Positions 37,084 through 51,106 of a DNA stretch of 64,000 nucleotides are shown here, piece after piece. The translations under genes and the position numbers were made by a program. The stretch's first letter is position 1; the number at the start of each line of letters is the position of its first letter. The notes under the pieces are model-generated. The model saw nothing but the letters and a program-made list of their open reading frames with translations, did no database searches and had not been told where the DNA came from. This stretch comes from Toensbergia leucococca (taxonomy: Eukaryota): positions 1 to 64,000 of the forward strand of contig JALDZS010000112.1 of assembly GCA_022813965.1 (NCBI GenBank), in the 5' to 3' direction.

Positions 37084-40000
37084 ATGTCCCTAGTAACAGA
37101 CCCTAACGGCTCCGAGGACGTGAATGACTTCTTGCAGCGCATCCGTGAGCTTGGTGACAAGCGTGATCAGGAAGATGATGAGCGTACTAGGAAGTTAGAA
37201 GAAGAAATCCTGCAAGGTCGGAAAGAAAGGCAGGCTCGCAGAGCAGGTTAGTGAGCACTCGACAGGCAATGCTAGCCACATCTATTGCAATCTTCTGCTA
37301 ATTGTTACAAATTAGAGCGCGCTAGATCAATATCTCCAGTCAAAGATTTGTCTTCTGATACTGGTACACCCAATTCCATGAACTCCAAATCAGAATCGCC
37401 GTCTAGTACGAAACCTTGGGAACCATTGGCCGAGTCTGCAAGGCCATCCTGCCCCGAAGACACCCCTAGAGCTTTCGACGGCAATGCTCACAACGCCCAC
37501 GCATTCAGAGGTAGTGCTGCATCTTCTCGAGATCTTCCGCAAGTACCATCGAAACCAGTGGTGCTCTCAAATACATCGCCAACCGCTGCCGTGGCTCCAT
37601 CTCGTGCTGGTACGCTCTCTTGGCAGCAGAGACCTACATCACGTGGATCTGGAGGGCCACGAAGTCGTCCACTATCAATGGTAGCCACAGAAAACAGCGC
37701 TTGGAAATCTCCACGAGAAGTTCCAGATCCATCATCCACGGGCGATATTGAGCTGTCAAGAAATCAAATAGTGCAGTCGTTGGGGTCCAAGGATCCTGCG
37801 TGGTTCAGACAGACCGCAGATAGGGGACTCGGATCGGCAGCATATCGAAAAGGTCGCGAGGAAGACGTGTCGGATACAGCCTCTATGACTAGGAGCGTGC
37901 TTTTACCCGGGCTGTCAAGAGAGGCAACCGAGGAATCTCGAAAGGAGCTAAGCTCGCCCCCAGAAAATCCACGCTCAGCATCGCCTTCTAGAGAAAGCTC
38001 GGTCAGAGGAAGTTCTGGTTGGAGCCACAGGTACTCGAGTTCTGCCTCGCTTTCTTCCGCAAGCGGGATCCGATCGCCGCTACCGACAATGAATAGCCAA
38101 AGATTCGAGCCTCCAACATCTGACACGACTTCTCAAGCAGGCGACTTTGCTTGCGATGCTCGAGCATCCCCTATGTCTCCTTCACAAGAACGTATCTCTC
38201 CAGAACGCGTCGATCGGCCCATCTCGCCCACGAAAGGTCTGGGTGGCTTCGTCCAGAGTGCAATGCTCAAACGTTCTGATAGCGTGAACAAAAGATGGAG
38301 TGCACAAGCAGGTCCTGGATTAAGTAGAGGTAATTCCATTGCGAGCAATCGAAGTGGATATGATGGGCAGAAATTTGCGATTGGACAAATGAGTCCAACC
38401 AAAGAACAGACAAGAAGCAGCCTAAGTCGAGAGAACTCCCCTTTGCCACACTCGAGACCAAACTCAAGCCATAGTAATGTTACTATTACACGACGTCAGG
38501 GTAAGGAGGAAGGCCTCAGTATTTCTGCTGGCACTACAAGTGGCCCCGTAGAATCACCAAATAACGGGTTCTTAGAGCCCTTGATTCCACAGCCTACGCA
38601 CGCATCAGCCACCATGGCATCACCCGAAGGCGACAAAGTGATAAGTGCTAACATGAGTCCTCCGGCAAGTCCTAGTAAAGCTATAGACTCCAAAAAGTGG
38701 AGTCCCACTAAAGCTAGCTGGCTGGAGAGTGCTATCAACAAACCTGATTCTCCTAAACTAAAAGCAGCTCCACCTCAGCAGCCAAGCTGGATGGCGGAGA
38801 TAAATAGGGTAAAGCAGCAGCGTGGGAGCGTCGACTTAAGGTCCAATAGCAATTACAAGGAGGTCGCTGCCGATAGTCTCATGCGCTCACCTCCAGAAAT
38901 AGATTTAAAGAAGCATCACAACTTCGTGGTGGCCTCCAATAATTTAAACGCTGGCACATCCGGGAAAGTTCCTCAGGACAGGCACAGTGATACGGATCTC
39001 ATGTCAGCAGACGTTACCCCTGAACCGATGTCAATAGATAAGTCAAACTCGTCCAGTTCTCTAGGCAAGTGTCCGACTGAAAATAAGATATCTTCGCCAG
39101 CAATTCTTGAGCCTGCTACGACATCCAACGGAGCTGTTATCCCCTCGATATCCGAAACGAGGAGGGATTCTCCGTCATCAGCCAAGCCAAAGCCTCAGAC
39201 ACCTCCGAAAAAGGATTTCAGATCAGCACTTAAGACAAGACAAGTGTCCGCTGGAAAAGAGGGGAGTACTGAACCAGAGTTCAGAAATGTGTTCGGTAAA
39301 TTGAAGCGGACGCAAACACAGAATTACGTGCCTCCAGATGAATTAAAAGATAACATTTTGCGCGGAAAGGCTGGCCTTGCATTGACAGGAGGCCCAAAGA
39401 AAACCGAGCGGAAGGATGAGTTGAAAGAAAGCATATTGAAGCAAAAGGAGGCAATGAAGGCAGGCACTAGTCCAGGAATGCCTAGGAACATCAGCGTTAG
39501 TAGTAATACGAAAGGAAACGATCCGCTACCACCCGAAGCTCTTGCTAAGAGAAAGGACTTAACAAAGTCTGAAAATGTGTCGAGCCATGGTGGAACTGAT
39601 TCAGGAATAAGTGTAGATGTTCCAGAGGCTTTAGTCAGACAAAAGGTCTTGCGCGAGAAACCAAAGCCACTGTCGCCAGAAAGAGAACCCATCGCTCCCC
39701 CAAGAGTCGCCAGAGAACCCATCATGAATGGAAAGCTTGCAGACCGGTTCAATCCTGCTTTGTTGGGAGTTCTTTCCAGAGAGCCTCCGCCGATGACGAA
39801 TGGCTCTAAGCCTTCTCATACAGTTGGTCCAGATCCATTACCCAGCAATGCATCAGAGACAGCCGTCGGAGATCATGAGGAAACCATGAATGGGACACAG
39901 CTTACTCACATCACCAAAAGCAGGGCTAAGGGGCCTAAAAGACGACTACCGGCTGCGAAGAAGCAGGATGTTGGATCCAAATCGCCAATTCCTACTATCA

Positions 40001-42143
40001 GTTCAGAAGCAGAAAGACCATTGCCTAAAGTTGAAGCAGGGGCAAACAGCGAATCGACTTCTTTGCCTTCATCTGCAATCAGCATACCTGAGGCTCGGCC
40101 TCTAGCCAATATCACGAACAAAAACGACAGGACGTCTACAGTCTCCACTAACGGGAAGCCCTTCCCATCCGTCAAATTGCCTGATAGTGAAGCTGTCAAA
40201 TGCGTAGCATCACCCGCTTCACAAACTCCGCTCAAAGAACCGACGTTGAGCAAGCCAAAAACTTCTCCAGTGGTGAAGAAAAAGCCGACGTTGAGTCCGA
40301 AAACAGATCAGATACGCAAGCCCTCTATTACCAAAACTCGATCTCTCCCATCGCCACCTGCAAAGCCACCGAACATAGCAGACGCGCAGCGGAGCTTCGC
40401 CGCTCCAGCAGAAGTACAAAGACTTCAAAGGTTCGAGGCTCAAGAAGAGGAGCCTATCGTCTCTGTCAAGGGTGCAGCAGCTCTGTGGGGTCATTCATCA
40501 GGCCCGAGGTCGTCCGATCGATTCCCTATGAAATCTCCTATAAAGCTTCCTACTAGGAAAGACGAACAAGCTACCATGGACCAAGCTGGGCTTCCTCTGA
40601 ATAATTCACAAGAATTGCTTGGGCTGGGTATCCAGACCACTCTGACTGGCTCTCACGAACCATCATCACCGTTAGATCGTAATCTACCCTCTCCGCCCTT
40701 AAAATCACCAAGATCGCCACCTCTGCCTGCGAAGAAACCCGATTTCATTGCTGGCAGAATAGTATCGAATCCCAGTCTTGTTCAGCCTTTACAGCAGGCC
40801 AGCAAATCTCCAGTACCTCGGACATCCGAAGCAGTACGCCTCTTCACCGACTTCTTCGACGAAGTACCCATTTCCAAATCGAGGGTTCCTATCGACGCTC
40901 AAGCAATCTTGACCTCACGGCCGTCTAGTGGGGCCTCAGGCAAGATCAAGACTCTTCGAAAACAGATGTGGGAAATCTCTGTTAGTGGCAAGAAACTCCC
41001 TGTGCCTCCCCATCAAGAACACATTCTCTTCGAGGAGAACCTTTACCTGTGCACCCACGTTTTTGGTACTTCAACCGGCAATAAAACTACAGAAATCTAT
41101 TTATGGTGCGGCGATGGTGTTGCCCTATCAGCAGCCGAAGATGCTCAGCTGTTCGCGAGGAGAGTAGCGAAAGAGAATAACGGCAAATTAATAATCCTAA
41201 ATCAGGGGAAAGAAACTTCGAACTTCTTCCAAGCACTAGGTGGAATTGTGATCACGCGCCGTGGTTCGAGCAGTCGAGCAGAATCATCATCAAACGCTAC
41301 GGCAACTTACATGCTGTGTGGGAGACGGCATATTGGACAGATTGCCTTTGATGAGGTTGATTTCAACCCCAAGAGTCTTTATGGAGGATTTCCATATATC
41401 ATCTCGGCTCGCTTTGGAAAATTATATTTGTGGAAGGGTAAAGGATCGAATGCGGATGAACTGGGATGCGCAAGGTTGATTGGCATGGATTTGGGTCTCA
41501 CAGGCGAAATTGAAGAAGTCGACGAAGGCAACGAACCTGCAGGATTTTGGGAGGTCTTTCCCAATGGCAAACAAGAGACGGCAATGCAAGCAGGTCACTG
41601 GCACCGCAAATCATCATGCGAGAACTACAACACTCGAATGTTCAATGTCGATGTCGAAACACCACCGAAGACCAATGCGGGCTTCAAATGGGGCCGGAGA
41701 GGAAGCGCTCCCGCTGAAGATGGAACACCGACAGCGCAGATCAGAGAAGTAACTCCGTTCGCGCAGTCTGATTTTTTCAAGGATGGCATTTTTGTTCTGG
41801 ATGCTTTCTTTGAGATCTACGTGTATGTGCCTCTGAACTTACGTCTTATTCGTCGGCATGCTAAACTAATCTCATCAACAGCATCGTTGGGTCTCTTTCT
41901 TCCTCCAAATTCACCGCCTTCCGTACAGCCCTACTTTTCGCGCAAGAATATGGCATACTTGCAGCTTCACTCGAAGATCGGCCGTTCATACCCGTTAGTA
42001 GTGTTGTCATGCAGGGCGCGCCGCGGGACATGAAAGCAGCTTTCAGGAAGTGGGAGGAAGCGACTTCTATCACAAAATCCGGAAGGGGTGGAGATTGTAT
42101 AGTTGTGCCGTTGAGTGCTGCGTTGGAAGCAACAAGGGGGTGA
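37084..42143 (+). CDS. DUF4045 plus C-terminal gelsolin-repeat protein, 3 exons
   Basis: N-terminal EDVNDFLQRIRELGDKRD and SPTKGLGGFVQSAMLKRSDSVNKRW, a long S/P-rich region, then gelsolin-like repeats (YLWCG, QGKETSNFFQALGG, LYLWKGKGS, LDAFFEIY). Confidence 0.85.
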
Positions 42144-42667
42144 AGGGGTTTGGAAGGGATGTGACCAATGACAGCGAACGAAGTAATCAGTTTCCTCTCT
42201 TCTTGTGTATTCTAGGGTTAGATGGGGAAGAGGCTTTCTCAATAGGTAGGACCGATGACCGTTGGTCCTTGAAGGCCCTTGAAGCATTACCCCTGTATCA
42301 GATAATTCCTAAAATTTCAAACACATGGCCGGTGGATTGCCGCCGTGAGACGGAAGCTTTGATGCTAATGATCTTGATTGAACTATGAAAAGAGAAAGTA
42401 AAAATCCGAGGCCATCTCTTCATCCATCCACCCTCTTATTTGCACTCAATCATTCACTCTTATCCACTACTTTTGAATTAAGAGATAAGAAATAGATTCA
42501 GAAAATCCGTAGTCTTGTGGTTTTGTTCGTAGCTAAGAGATATATATGGAAGACAATTCATGCAGCGACCTCACTTTTCAATATATTGGCACCTATCTGA
42601 AGAAAACGTGTTTCACTTCTTTAAAAAAAAAGCATGCTCTCTCTCAAAGAAGTGTGTCTTTTAGAAG

Positions 42668-42701
42668 AAGACAAAACATGTTTCACGCATGCTCAAGAAA
42701 G
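42668..42701. repeat. Degenerate dispersed repeat, copy B
   Basis: AAGACAAAACATGTTTCACGCATGCTCAAGAAAG matches 22859-22892 at 29/34 positions. Confidence 0.55.
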
Positions 42702-43214
42702 TACTCGTAGTCACGGGAAATTGCGGCACTATTCTGACCAGATTTGAAACACTACTCATCGCACCTCGACAGTTGACGGTATCTGAGCGTTACGATATCG
42801 TCACAATGAGGAATATCGACTTGATGGTAATTGACCTAGTATAGATAGAGAACTGAATGAAGATTGCTGGCATGAGTCTTTGTTGATAAGAGATAAATTT
42901 GTATCGATGAGCCAAAGCTATATTTGAGGTTATGTACAAAAGCAATTGGTGTGCTCCTAGCAGAAGCATGTCTATGATGCAGAGTGCTCTCAGGTTCCCC
43001 AAGTCCGACATCTAGAAACAAGCTCCGCCATTCTATTAAGCCAGACCTTGCTACCTCTTTCGCGAATCAAGTTAAAGGATATGTACCAGAGAAACAGCCG
43101 CTACTGTGGCGATGTTCTCGTCAAGTATATCTACGTCGCTCTTAAAGTCATGATTAGTAGTTGCTACTCGAGCAGGGTCAATGACCCGTAATCGAGGATG
43201 TCGCGAAGCAGGAC

Positions 43215-45448
43215 CTAAGCCTTGCATACCCACTCTAATCCTTCATACAACTCGTTCTTCCATCTCCGGAATGGATTTCGTTCTCTCTTAACTCGAGGAG
43301 TCTGATTGCTTCCGTTCAGCTCCTTTTCTTCACTACGGGGAGAAATTGACGACTGTGGCGATGATAACGTTATCGACGACGGCAATGAGAGCGAACTTAG
43401 CGATAATGGTGCTTGAGTTGGAAGCGGGGGTAGTGAGGGTGGTCTCGTTTGCTGTCCAATTTCCAAATCGCTCTCTGACTCACCTCCGATATTCTTGTTG
43501 TCGTAGACGAACCCTTGGTCAGTCTCCAATACCCTGTCCAAGCTAACGTCTCTCACCCAGAGCAGACTGACTGCAAGGCCAACAGCCCCAAGGGCACACA
43601 TTACAATCCAGACTACCCGCAAACTGTCCACGTACGCTTGGATTAGCTGCTGTCTCACCGCAGCCTCAGACGGTGGGTAGTCATTCAAGACTTGGACTAA
43701 AGCAGCTGCGTCTCTACTGATTTGCAATGCATGCGGAGCGAGGTCTGGGTAGGCGCGGAGCTTATGAAGCATTGTGTTTTGGAATACCGTACCTTTTTGG
43801 ACAAATCAGTATATTTTGATACTCAATCTACAGCCGGAAAATAGGCAGGATTAAAGTGAACATACCTCCAATAGCAACTCCTAACATCTGACCTGCAGCA
43901 CGGAAAAAGGAGTACATAGCCGCTGAAAAAGGCAGATCTTTATCGCTTGCGCTAGCCTGTATACTGAAGCTCTGAGCCGAGTATAGGATTCCGCATCCCA
44001 AGCCCGCGACTATCAGTATGAAAACCCAGGCGACGGTAGTGGTACTTTCTTTTAAAAGAACCTGCAATCCCAGACCGAGTGTGACCATAATCCAACCAGA
44101 CCAAACGAATGAAGTATATTTGCCAGTTTTGGTTATTAGGAGACCGATCACAACCGTGGAAGGTGCAACACTCATATTCTGTGGGAGCATAGCAACTCCT
44201 GTAGAGGTAGGAGAAAGGTGTTTGGCTGCTTCAAAGTACAGAGGCATGTAGTAGAGCAGTGACCAGAGGATCGTGCCTTTAGTGTGACCGAGTATTTAGC
44301 GATCTTCATGTGGGTGCTCCATGTTCGACCGGACAAGATGAAAGCTTACCATGTATAACTGTGTTGAGGAAAGATGCACTGGCGATCTTCGATTCAAAAA
44401 GACTGGGGCGAATTAGGCAGTCAAGATTTCGATCCAGCCGCAGGTATTTCGTATAAAGTATGAAGATCGCTAGCCCAACGATACCAATCATAAGGGGCAC
44501 CAATGTCCGCCAACTACTCCAATCGTACATTGAACCACCCTACTAATCATCAACAAAAATGGCCGTGGGAATGATTCAGCAGTACAGCGTCGCTTACCCA
44601 GCTAATAGGAATTAACAGTGAAGTTAGGGAGCCGACGAAAAGCACTGTACCCGGCCAGTCCACCTGCTGCAATTTTTCAACAAACGAGCCGGCTTTGTAG
44701 CGCAAACGAAGAAAGATAGGGACGACGATGAAGCCAAGGCCGCAAAATGGCAGGTTGATCCAAAAAATCCATCGCCACGATGCATGTTGAGCGAGAGCGC
44801 CACCGATGATTGGTCCGCTCCTGCAATTTATCAGCACAAATTCCTGCCTGGGAGATCTGAAACATTTCTCACACTGTACCCAAAGCCCACACAAGACTGA
44901 TCAGCCCAAACCATTTGCCTCTCTCTCGCACCGATACTAAGTCCGTCACGACTACATAGGTCAGAGCTATGATACCGCCACCGCCTACTCCTTGAATAGA
45001 TCTTCCAATGAGCAAATGAGTGAAATCAGTGGCAGCACCAGAAATAATGGTGCCAGCGGTGAATAGTGTTAAAGCCGAAAGTATCATGGGTTTTCTCCCA
45101 AAGATGTGAGAGAATGATGCCCAACTCGGCTGAAAAGCTGTCGAGGTGAGGAGAAATGATGTGCCCGCCCAGAATGCTTGGACTGCATTACCATGGAGGT
45201 CGTTGGCAATAGTCTACTCCGGTCCAAATATTAGCAATCCATGTGATTGTCTCTAGGATGAGTTGTGATAGACGCACAGGAATGGCAACAGATAAGATGG
45301 TAGCGTCTAGAGCGACGACCAGGTTGATAACGCATAAGCATCCGAAGGCAGCGAGAAATCTCCAACCGCGTTTCTGAATGGTTGCCAATGTTTCTCCAGC
45401 ATTACCTGGAGGCGGAGAGAAAGTCCGGCTCGAGACCGGTGAATACAT
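43215..45448 (-). CDS. MFS drug/H+ antiporter-type transporter (DHA2-like, ~14 TM), multi-exon
   Basis: LDATILSVAIP, WAGTSFLLTSTAFQP, SHIFGRKP, GRSIQGVGGGG, GPIIGG and WRWIFWINLP. The start codon is uncertain. Confidence 0.88.
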
Positions 45449-47268
45449 TGGTGGCGCCGTTCTCGAATTCACAGAGAATGATTGTATTCGAAGGCGCTTA
45501 TACAAGTAGCAGTTCCAAACTCTTCAAGTGTCTGTTGATCTGTGAAAGATTGCAATTGTTAAATGATTGTTACTGTCGGAAAGATGTTGGACAATGGTGG
45601 AAGACGGAGTGGAATGTTGGATATAAATGTATGTTATCTCAAGAGAGGATCATCTAATAATATTGTGAACCAGATACCTTAAGGTACTGACGCTTCTGCT
45701 AGGCGCTTTGAATCATGATAATGTGAATGGGAATTGAGAATATTAATAACAATGCAGCCTTTGCATTTCATCCGGCAGATTGACTACATGTACTAAGAGC
45801 ATATGACGCAGGACGATCTTCTACAGTCAATGAAAGGAATGAGAAAGCGGGATGGATGCTCAAAGTATCAACTTTAATGCCAGAGGCGGCCAATCCTCCG
45901 GTCAGCTTCACAACCTACTGTAGACCTTGTCGGGCGAAGCAAGCCTTGAAAGGATGATGGAATGTCACACTGGCCGGCATCTTGGCATGCACGACATGAG
46001 GCACTGTTCATGGAAAGTGGGGTATAATGATAAGGGAAAAAGAGATCAGGAAGGCCAGGACCAGTCTTGGAAGATACTGTATCCCGCATTGCTGCAACGC
46101 TTTCTGCAAAGCTAAGAGGCAAGGATAGACAGTAGATAGTTGAAGAGACCCCAATAGACAAGAGGTTCTGTTGTGAGAGGCACAGCAAAGTTGGTCTCGC
46201 ACAGAATACAACAAGCGTCTCTACAGATGATGAGTGTAGTTCAGACAGAGATGCCCTAGTTTGTCTTTAGACAAAAGGCTGAGCAGCGGCACAGCAGTAA
46301 GCGAATGCGGGCTGTGCCGAGTTTAGCATGCTCGGCATTGGTACCTACCTTGTAGTTTCGATGGAGATATAATTAAATCCATAGGAAAGCTTCTCTGATG
46401 TTGGTGTTGGTGTTGGAACTCCGGACTTTGAATTCGGCGTTTACCTGAAGAAGGAAAGTTCAGCACATCTACTCTCTTGATCAACTCATGTGACTCCGCG
46501 AATAGAATCAGAGCTGACGATTTTCTGCATTCTCAATGGGTAAAATTTACTCCCAAAGTCTTTCCCATCCAACGTAGATCTCCGTCCCAAAACCTGGGGA
46601 TTCTGCTTGGGGGAGTTGGAGATTTGGAAACTATTCTAGCGCAGTGAGCAGCCACTGATCGACAAAGGCTCTGCCGAAAAATAAGCATTCGGGTAGTTCT
46701 ACTCCGTAATCCTGTTTCACTATTTGATGTGTCAACTACTCCTCAGTAATGACAACCTTCGAACTATTGCAACAATCAAGCCACTGTCACTTACGTAAAG
46801 ACTGAATGCAGTCCTGTATGCCTACGACTGCTTACAATGTCATCCTCAGTGCTCTGCTTTCGACACACCTATATTTGTCCGTATTTGGTCCATTATATTG
46901 AGCCAATTCGAAATTCACATCACTTTTCTAGAAAAGCTCTACATACACGTTTGAAACTGCGTTGATGACAAGTTCCTGCCGTCCTTCCATCTTTCATGAC
47001 GAGTCTGGCATGTTCACTGATTGCCAAATCTGTGGCCGCCTAGTATTTAATGTATGACGCATATCGCATAATATTTGATAGCTCCGACTAAGGTACCTAC
47101 CTACCTTACCACTACCTCTTCTTTCACCCTCTCCTAACTACTATCATCAAACGAGACCATGGCTTCTGCATCGTTCCAGTATCCAGGGTTTCCCCTAAGA
47201 TTTTCAGTCTGCCTTCCTTTTTTCATGGAAAGCTTCAATTGGCTCTTTGATATTCTACCCATTTAGCC

Positions 47269-48081
47269 ATGTCCTCAATCATTGAACTGACTATCATTTT
47301 GATCCAACTCTCATGTCTCATAACTGCTTACCCCTCTTTCGGCTCTGCCGCACTTCCTTTCTTGACGAACAGGTAATACATGCCTCTTTATCTCACCCCT
47401 GACTAATATCTTCACAGAGCGATGGACCTCAACATCTCCGCCTCCATTGTCGACACAGCCGGCAACGACATTTCCAATTCCATCACCCTGATGCACCATC
47501 ATCATTCCACTGCATCCCTCAAACGCGCCCCCAGTCGGCCAATGAACGAATGCCCTGCTGCGAGCCCTGCTTGGAATTTCCATTCTTCACATTGCCAGCC
47601 GAGCTTTAACCCCCAAGCATATGTAATAATTTGCACACGAGAACACCCCCAATTAAACCTCCAATACGGCCAATGCGAGTCCAACGAGATCTGCGTCACC
47701 ATTGGGCCACCTTTCCATTCGGTCGCAAATTGTAGGAGCACAGATAGTTTCGTCCGAATCGCCACCATCATGCTTGGAAAAGCAATGGGGGGTATGGAGA
47801 TCCCCGAACAGAGCGGAGCTGTCGCCGCAGACGCAGTACTGACAGGCCAGTCAACAACTACTTCAGTACAGGCGCAGTCATTCTCTTTGAGGGCATTGAA
47901 GCAGCTGCCTAGTATCCAAAACGTACCTCATTTTGCTATCTTGATTAATGGGACCATGTCCTGCCAAGACTGCTTCAATATTGGACTGGATCCTATTCCG
48001 CAGTCGGCGGATTTGCTGCGGGCTGACGTGGTATTACAACAGGCGACGCCGGGGTACTTATACTTGACGACGATTTCATAG
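47269..48081 (+). CDS. Secreted cysteine-rich protein of unknown function (effector-like), 2 exons
   Basis: Exon 1 encodes a signal-peptide-like MSSIIELTIILIQLSCLITA-YP. A canonical intron (gtaata..ctgactaat..cag, ~47372-47416) joins it in frame to ORF 47422-48081. A Kex2-type LKR site is followed by 8 Cys. Confidence 0.75.
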
Positions 48082-48678
48082 CTTGCAGGTTATCTACCAG
48101 GAATTGATCTATTAGCACTGCTAATTCAGCTCTCATCAGACTCATGGTCGTAAGGTCGTCAAAGATGTTGCGTAGTACAATGTAAAATTAATACGCTCAA
48201 GTCAGGCGAGACTAGAGCTAAGACCCTAGACGCAAGTCGAGTGATATAAGAATTAATTAGGCGACGTGATATGTCAGGCCAAAAACATCTTTTGCTATCC
48301 TGAAGGAACATGGCGTGGGGTTTATTATACCTCGTTGGCACCCGATATTATTGCCATATCTTCCAGCCCCGATTACCATGCATGGACTCATCACAAGTCG
48401 GCATTGCTTAGGCGTAGCTACAGCGCTGCATGAAAATCAGCCCATTCAGTCATTTCTCCGTGCTCGATTGTCCACACCTAGCTCCTCGAAAAGTAGGGTG
48501 GCATCCGGTGGTTTGAACTCATTGTATCCCTCCGTCTCTTAAGGATTCCCGAGCTTGTTCTAACTGAGCGCCTCTGCTGATGAAGTATAATGACTGATGT
48601 TTCAGCTGCTAGAAGGTTGTATTATCGATGCCTTAGTCATCCCCTTTGACGCCAACGCCGTGTAGTTGCCAGTTATTC

Positions 48679-51106
48679 TCATTCGCCATCTGTATCGGTA
48701 TCTGTATCCGTTTCACTGGTATCTTCAGCTTCTCCGTCGGTATCACTTTCTTCCTCACTCGAATCTGCTGGTACACGTTTCCGGATTCTTTTGGGAGCTG
48801 GAGAGGCCAGCCCACCAGCCTTCATTGCCTGCATCTGACCCATTAAGGATTCTATCATGATAAGTCAGCTCGACTAATTGTGATGTAGCGGCGAAAGAAG
48901 GGCAGGGTAGCTTTACCCTCGTCAGGTTCACTAATTTCATCCTCCTCATTCATCTCCACTGCCTTGTCGCTATCCTCCACCTTCAAAACCACATCCATCT
49001 TGCTGTCCATACCAATGTAGCTATCGCAAATCAAATGCATAACAAAGGAGTATTGTCCAGCTTGCGGTGGTGCTGCAAATTGCATCTTGAATGTTTGCAT
49101 GTTAAACGTGGGATTCCCAGATTTATCGAACAAAGGTTTGTCAAAGGTTGTAAATGTGAAAGGAGGAACGGCGACTTTGCCAACTTTATTATCAGCAAGG
49201 AAGATATGCCATCTAGGAGAATGATCGCGGGGGAAAAAAGGAGCATAAGCAAGAGGTGGTTGTAATGGTTTCTCACTGGATGTCGGTGGTTGTGCACCTC
49301 CATCAACGTCCTTTGCTTTCTTGGTCTTCGCTGACTTACGGCCGAGCAACGCATCTAAATCACCCTCGTCGGGATCCACATCTTCTAAATCCAACTCATT
49401 GACTTCCGGCACATTGGCACTCCCAGGGGGTATCACCCGAGCCTTCACAACGAATTGTACGAGGCTGCCTGGTATGATGAAACGCTCGCCCATGACTTTG
49501 AAGAATGCCTTTTCAACCTTGAGCAGTGGCAACTGTCTTGCCACAGCTGTTGCCGCATTGTACTGATTCAGTGTCAGGACACCAGGTTGGTCCGTAGCTA
49601 TGCGTCGCCTTTTATACTCGGGCATTTGCATGAATTGTTGAATGGTGAGGTGAGTCCTGGAGTTCTGGCCTTCTATAGCCTGGGCTATTGATTGGGTTAG
49701 ATACGGAAGTTGAAGCAATGGAGATGCACTTGGAGGAACTGCTTGTATAAGGTTCTGCGATACTCGGTAGGTAGAGAGGAGTGGTGAAAGATTGCCGAAT
49801 GCGAGTGCGATAGACACGAAAGATTCATTAAGGGCCAGAGCAATGGGTGCAGCTTCGTACTTCTCTGCAGAACTATTAGCGGGCATGTATCTCAAATTCC
49901 GAGTCAATGTTCCGCACCATCATCCAGTGTCGATCCACCAAGGCTGATGCGGCCTAGATAAGCCCAGATCAAGGCCAAAGCTTTCCTCCTGACGCCATCA
50001 AAGCTTTGCAACTTGTCCCGATCCTTCAGGGTCAGACCTACAGCATTCGCTCCAGCATCTCCAACAGCGAGTATGTTTTTTTCTACTCTTTCGAGGCCGA
50101 AGTCTGCTTTGTTGCCTTTCAATACACCCTTGAATTCTTCACCGCAGCTTAAAGCGCTTACAATCCCACCATCGATTATGTCATCCTTATATTCCTTGAA
50201 TAGACGGCCTGCGCTTGCCACTAAGACCTTTTCCCTTGTCATACGCTGTGTCCCATACCACCATTTTCCCACAACGTAAGGTAGAAGGACTCCCAGTAGC
50301 AGTCCATATACGAGCAACACATACTTCCCGTTGCCGTCTGTCACAATGAACTTAGGTAGAGCGATGCCGATGCTAAAACTTTGCTTCCCGTCCGGGTGCC
50401 CATATTGGATGAAGTTGTTCCGAATTTCTTCATCAGTCAGGGCTTTGTATGCTTTTGTAAGTTCAACATAGTAGTAATTCGCATCCTCTATAGTTTGATT
50501 CTTCGCTACATCCAATCGAACCTTGTCTGGATGATATAGGAGCGTGAGATCACGATATCGCTTTTTGATTTCCTTTTCGCTGGCCGACTATAGGAGACGC
50601 GGTCAGCTGCGCCCGAGCACAAGGGAGTCTTCCTGCACGTACCCTTGAAATTTCCAGGATATCATAAGGATCCCATATCTTGGGTATCAATCTCGCCGTG
50701 ACTACGATCAAGTAGATCATCCAGCCTATGACGAGATATCCCACAGCAACAGCGACTATTCTTTTCAGCCTTCTTTCCCGCCGCCACTGTTTTCTCTTCT
50801 GTCCCTGAATGAGGTCTTCATCTTTCGGACTGAAATCTGATGTGATTCGAGAAGCTGTCTCCTCAAGATCTGCGCATACTTCAGCGCAAACTCTTCCACG
50901 ACAGAGTACCTAGGAGGTCTAGGAGGGGCTATTCAATACCTTTATTCGGCTTCAGAAGAGAATAACTAAGGGGAAGAGTGACTAAGCCGGTAACGGTCAG
51001 GATGAAGTAGGGGAAGAATTGACCCTATCTTCTGATAAGTACAGCCTCAAGGGCGTCAGCTGGTGGAAAGAATGACCTGCTCATCATAATTATAATCTGT
51101 CGCCAT
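48679..51106 (-). CDS. SEC63: ER translocon J-domain subunit Sec63, multi-exon
   Basis: MATDYNYDEQ-GQFFPYF, WDPYDILEI, J-domain YHPDK, YGHPDGKQSFSIGIALPK, Brl domain (DSYIGMD) and an acidic tail. Confidence 0.95.

Noticed and set aside
47092..47110. CCTA/TACC repeats (also ~15182, ~46342 and ~51370) as telomere-like sequence
   Set aside because: They are short tetranucleotide promoter microsatellites, not TTAGGG arrays.
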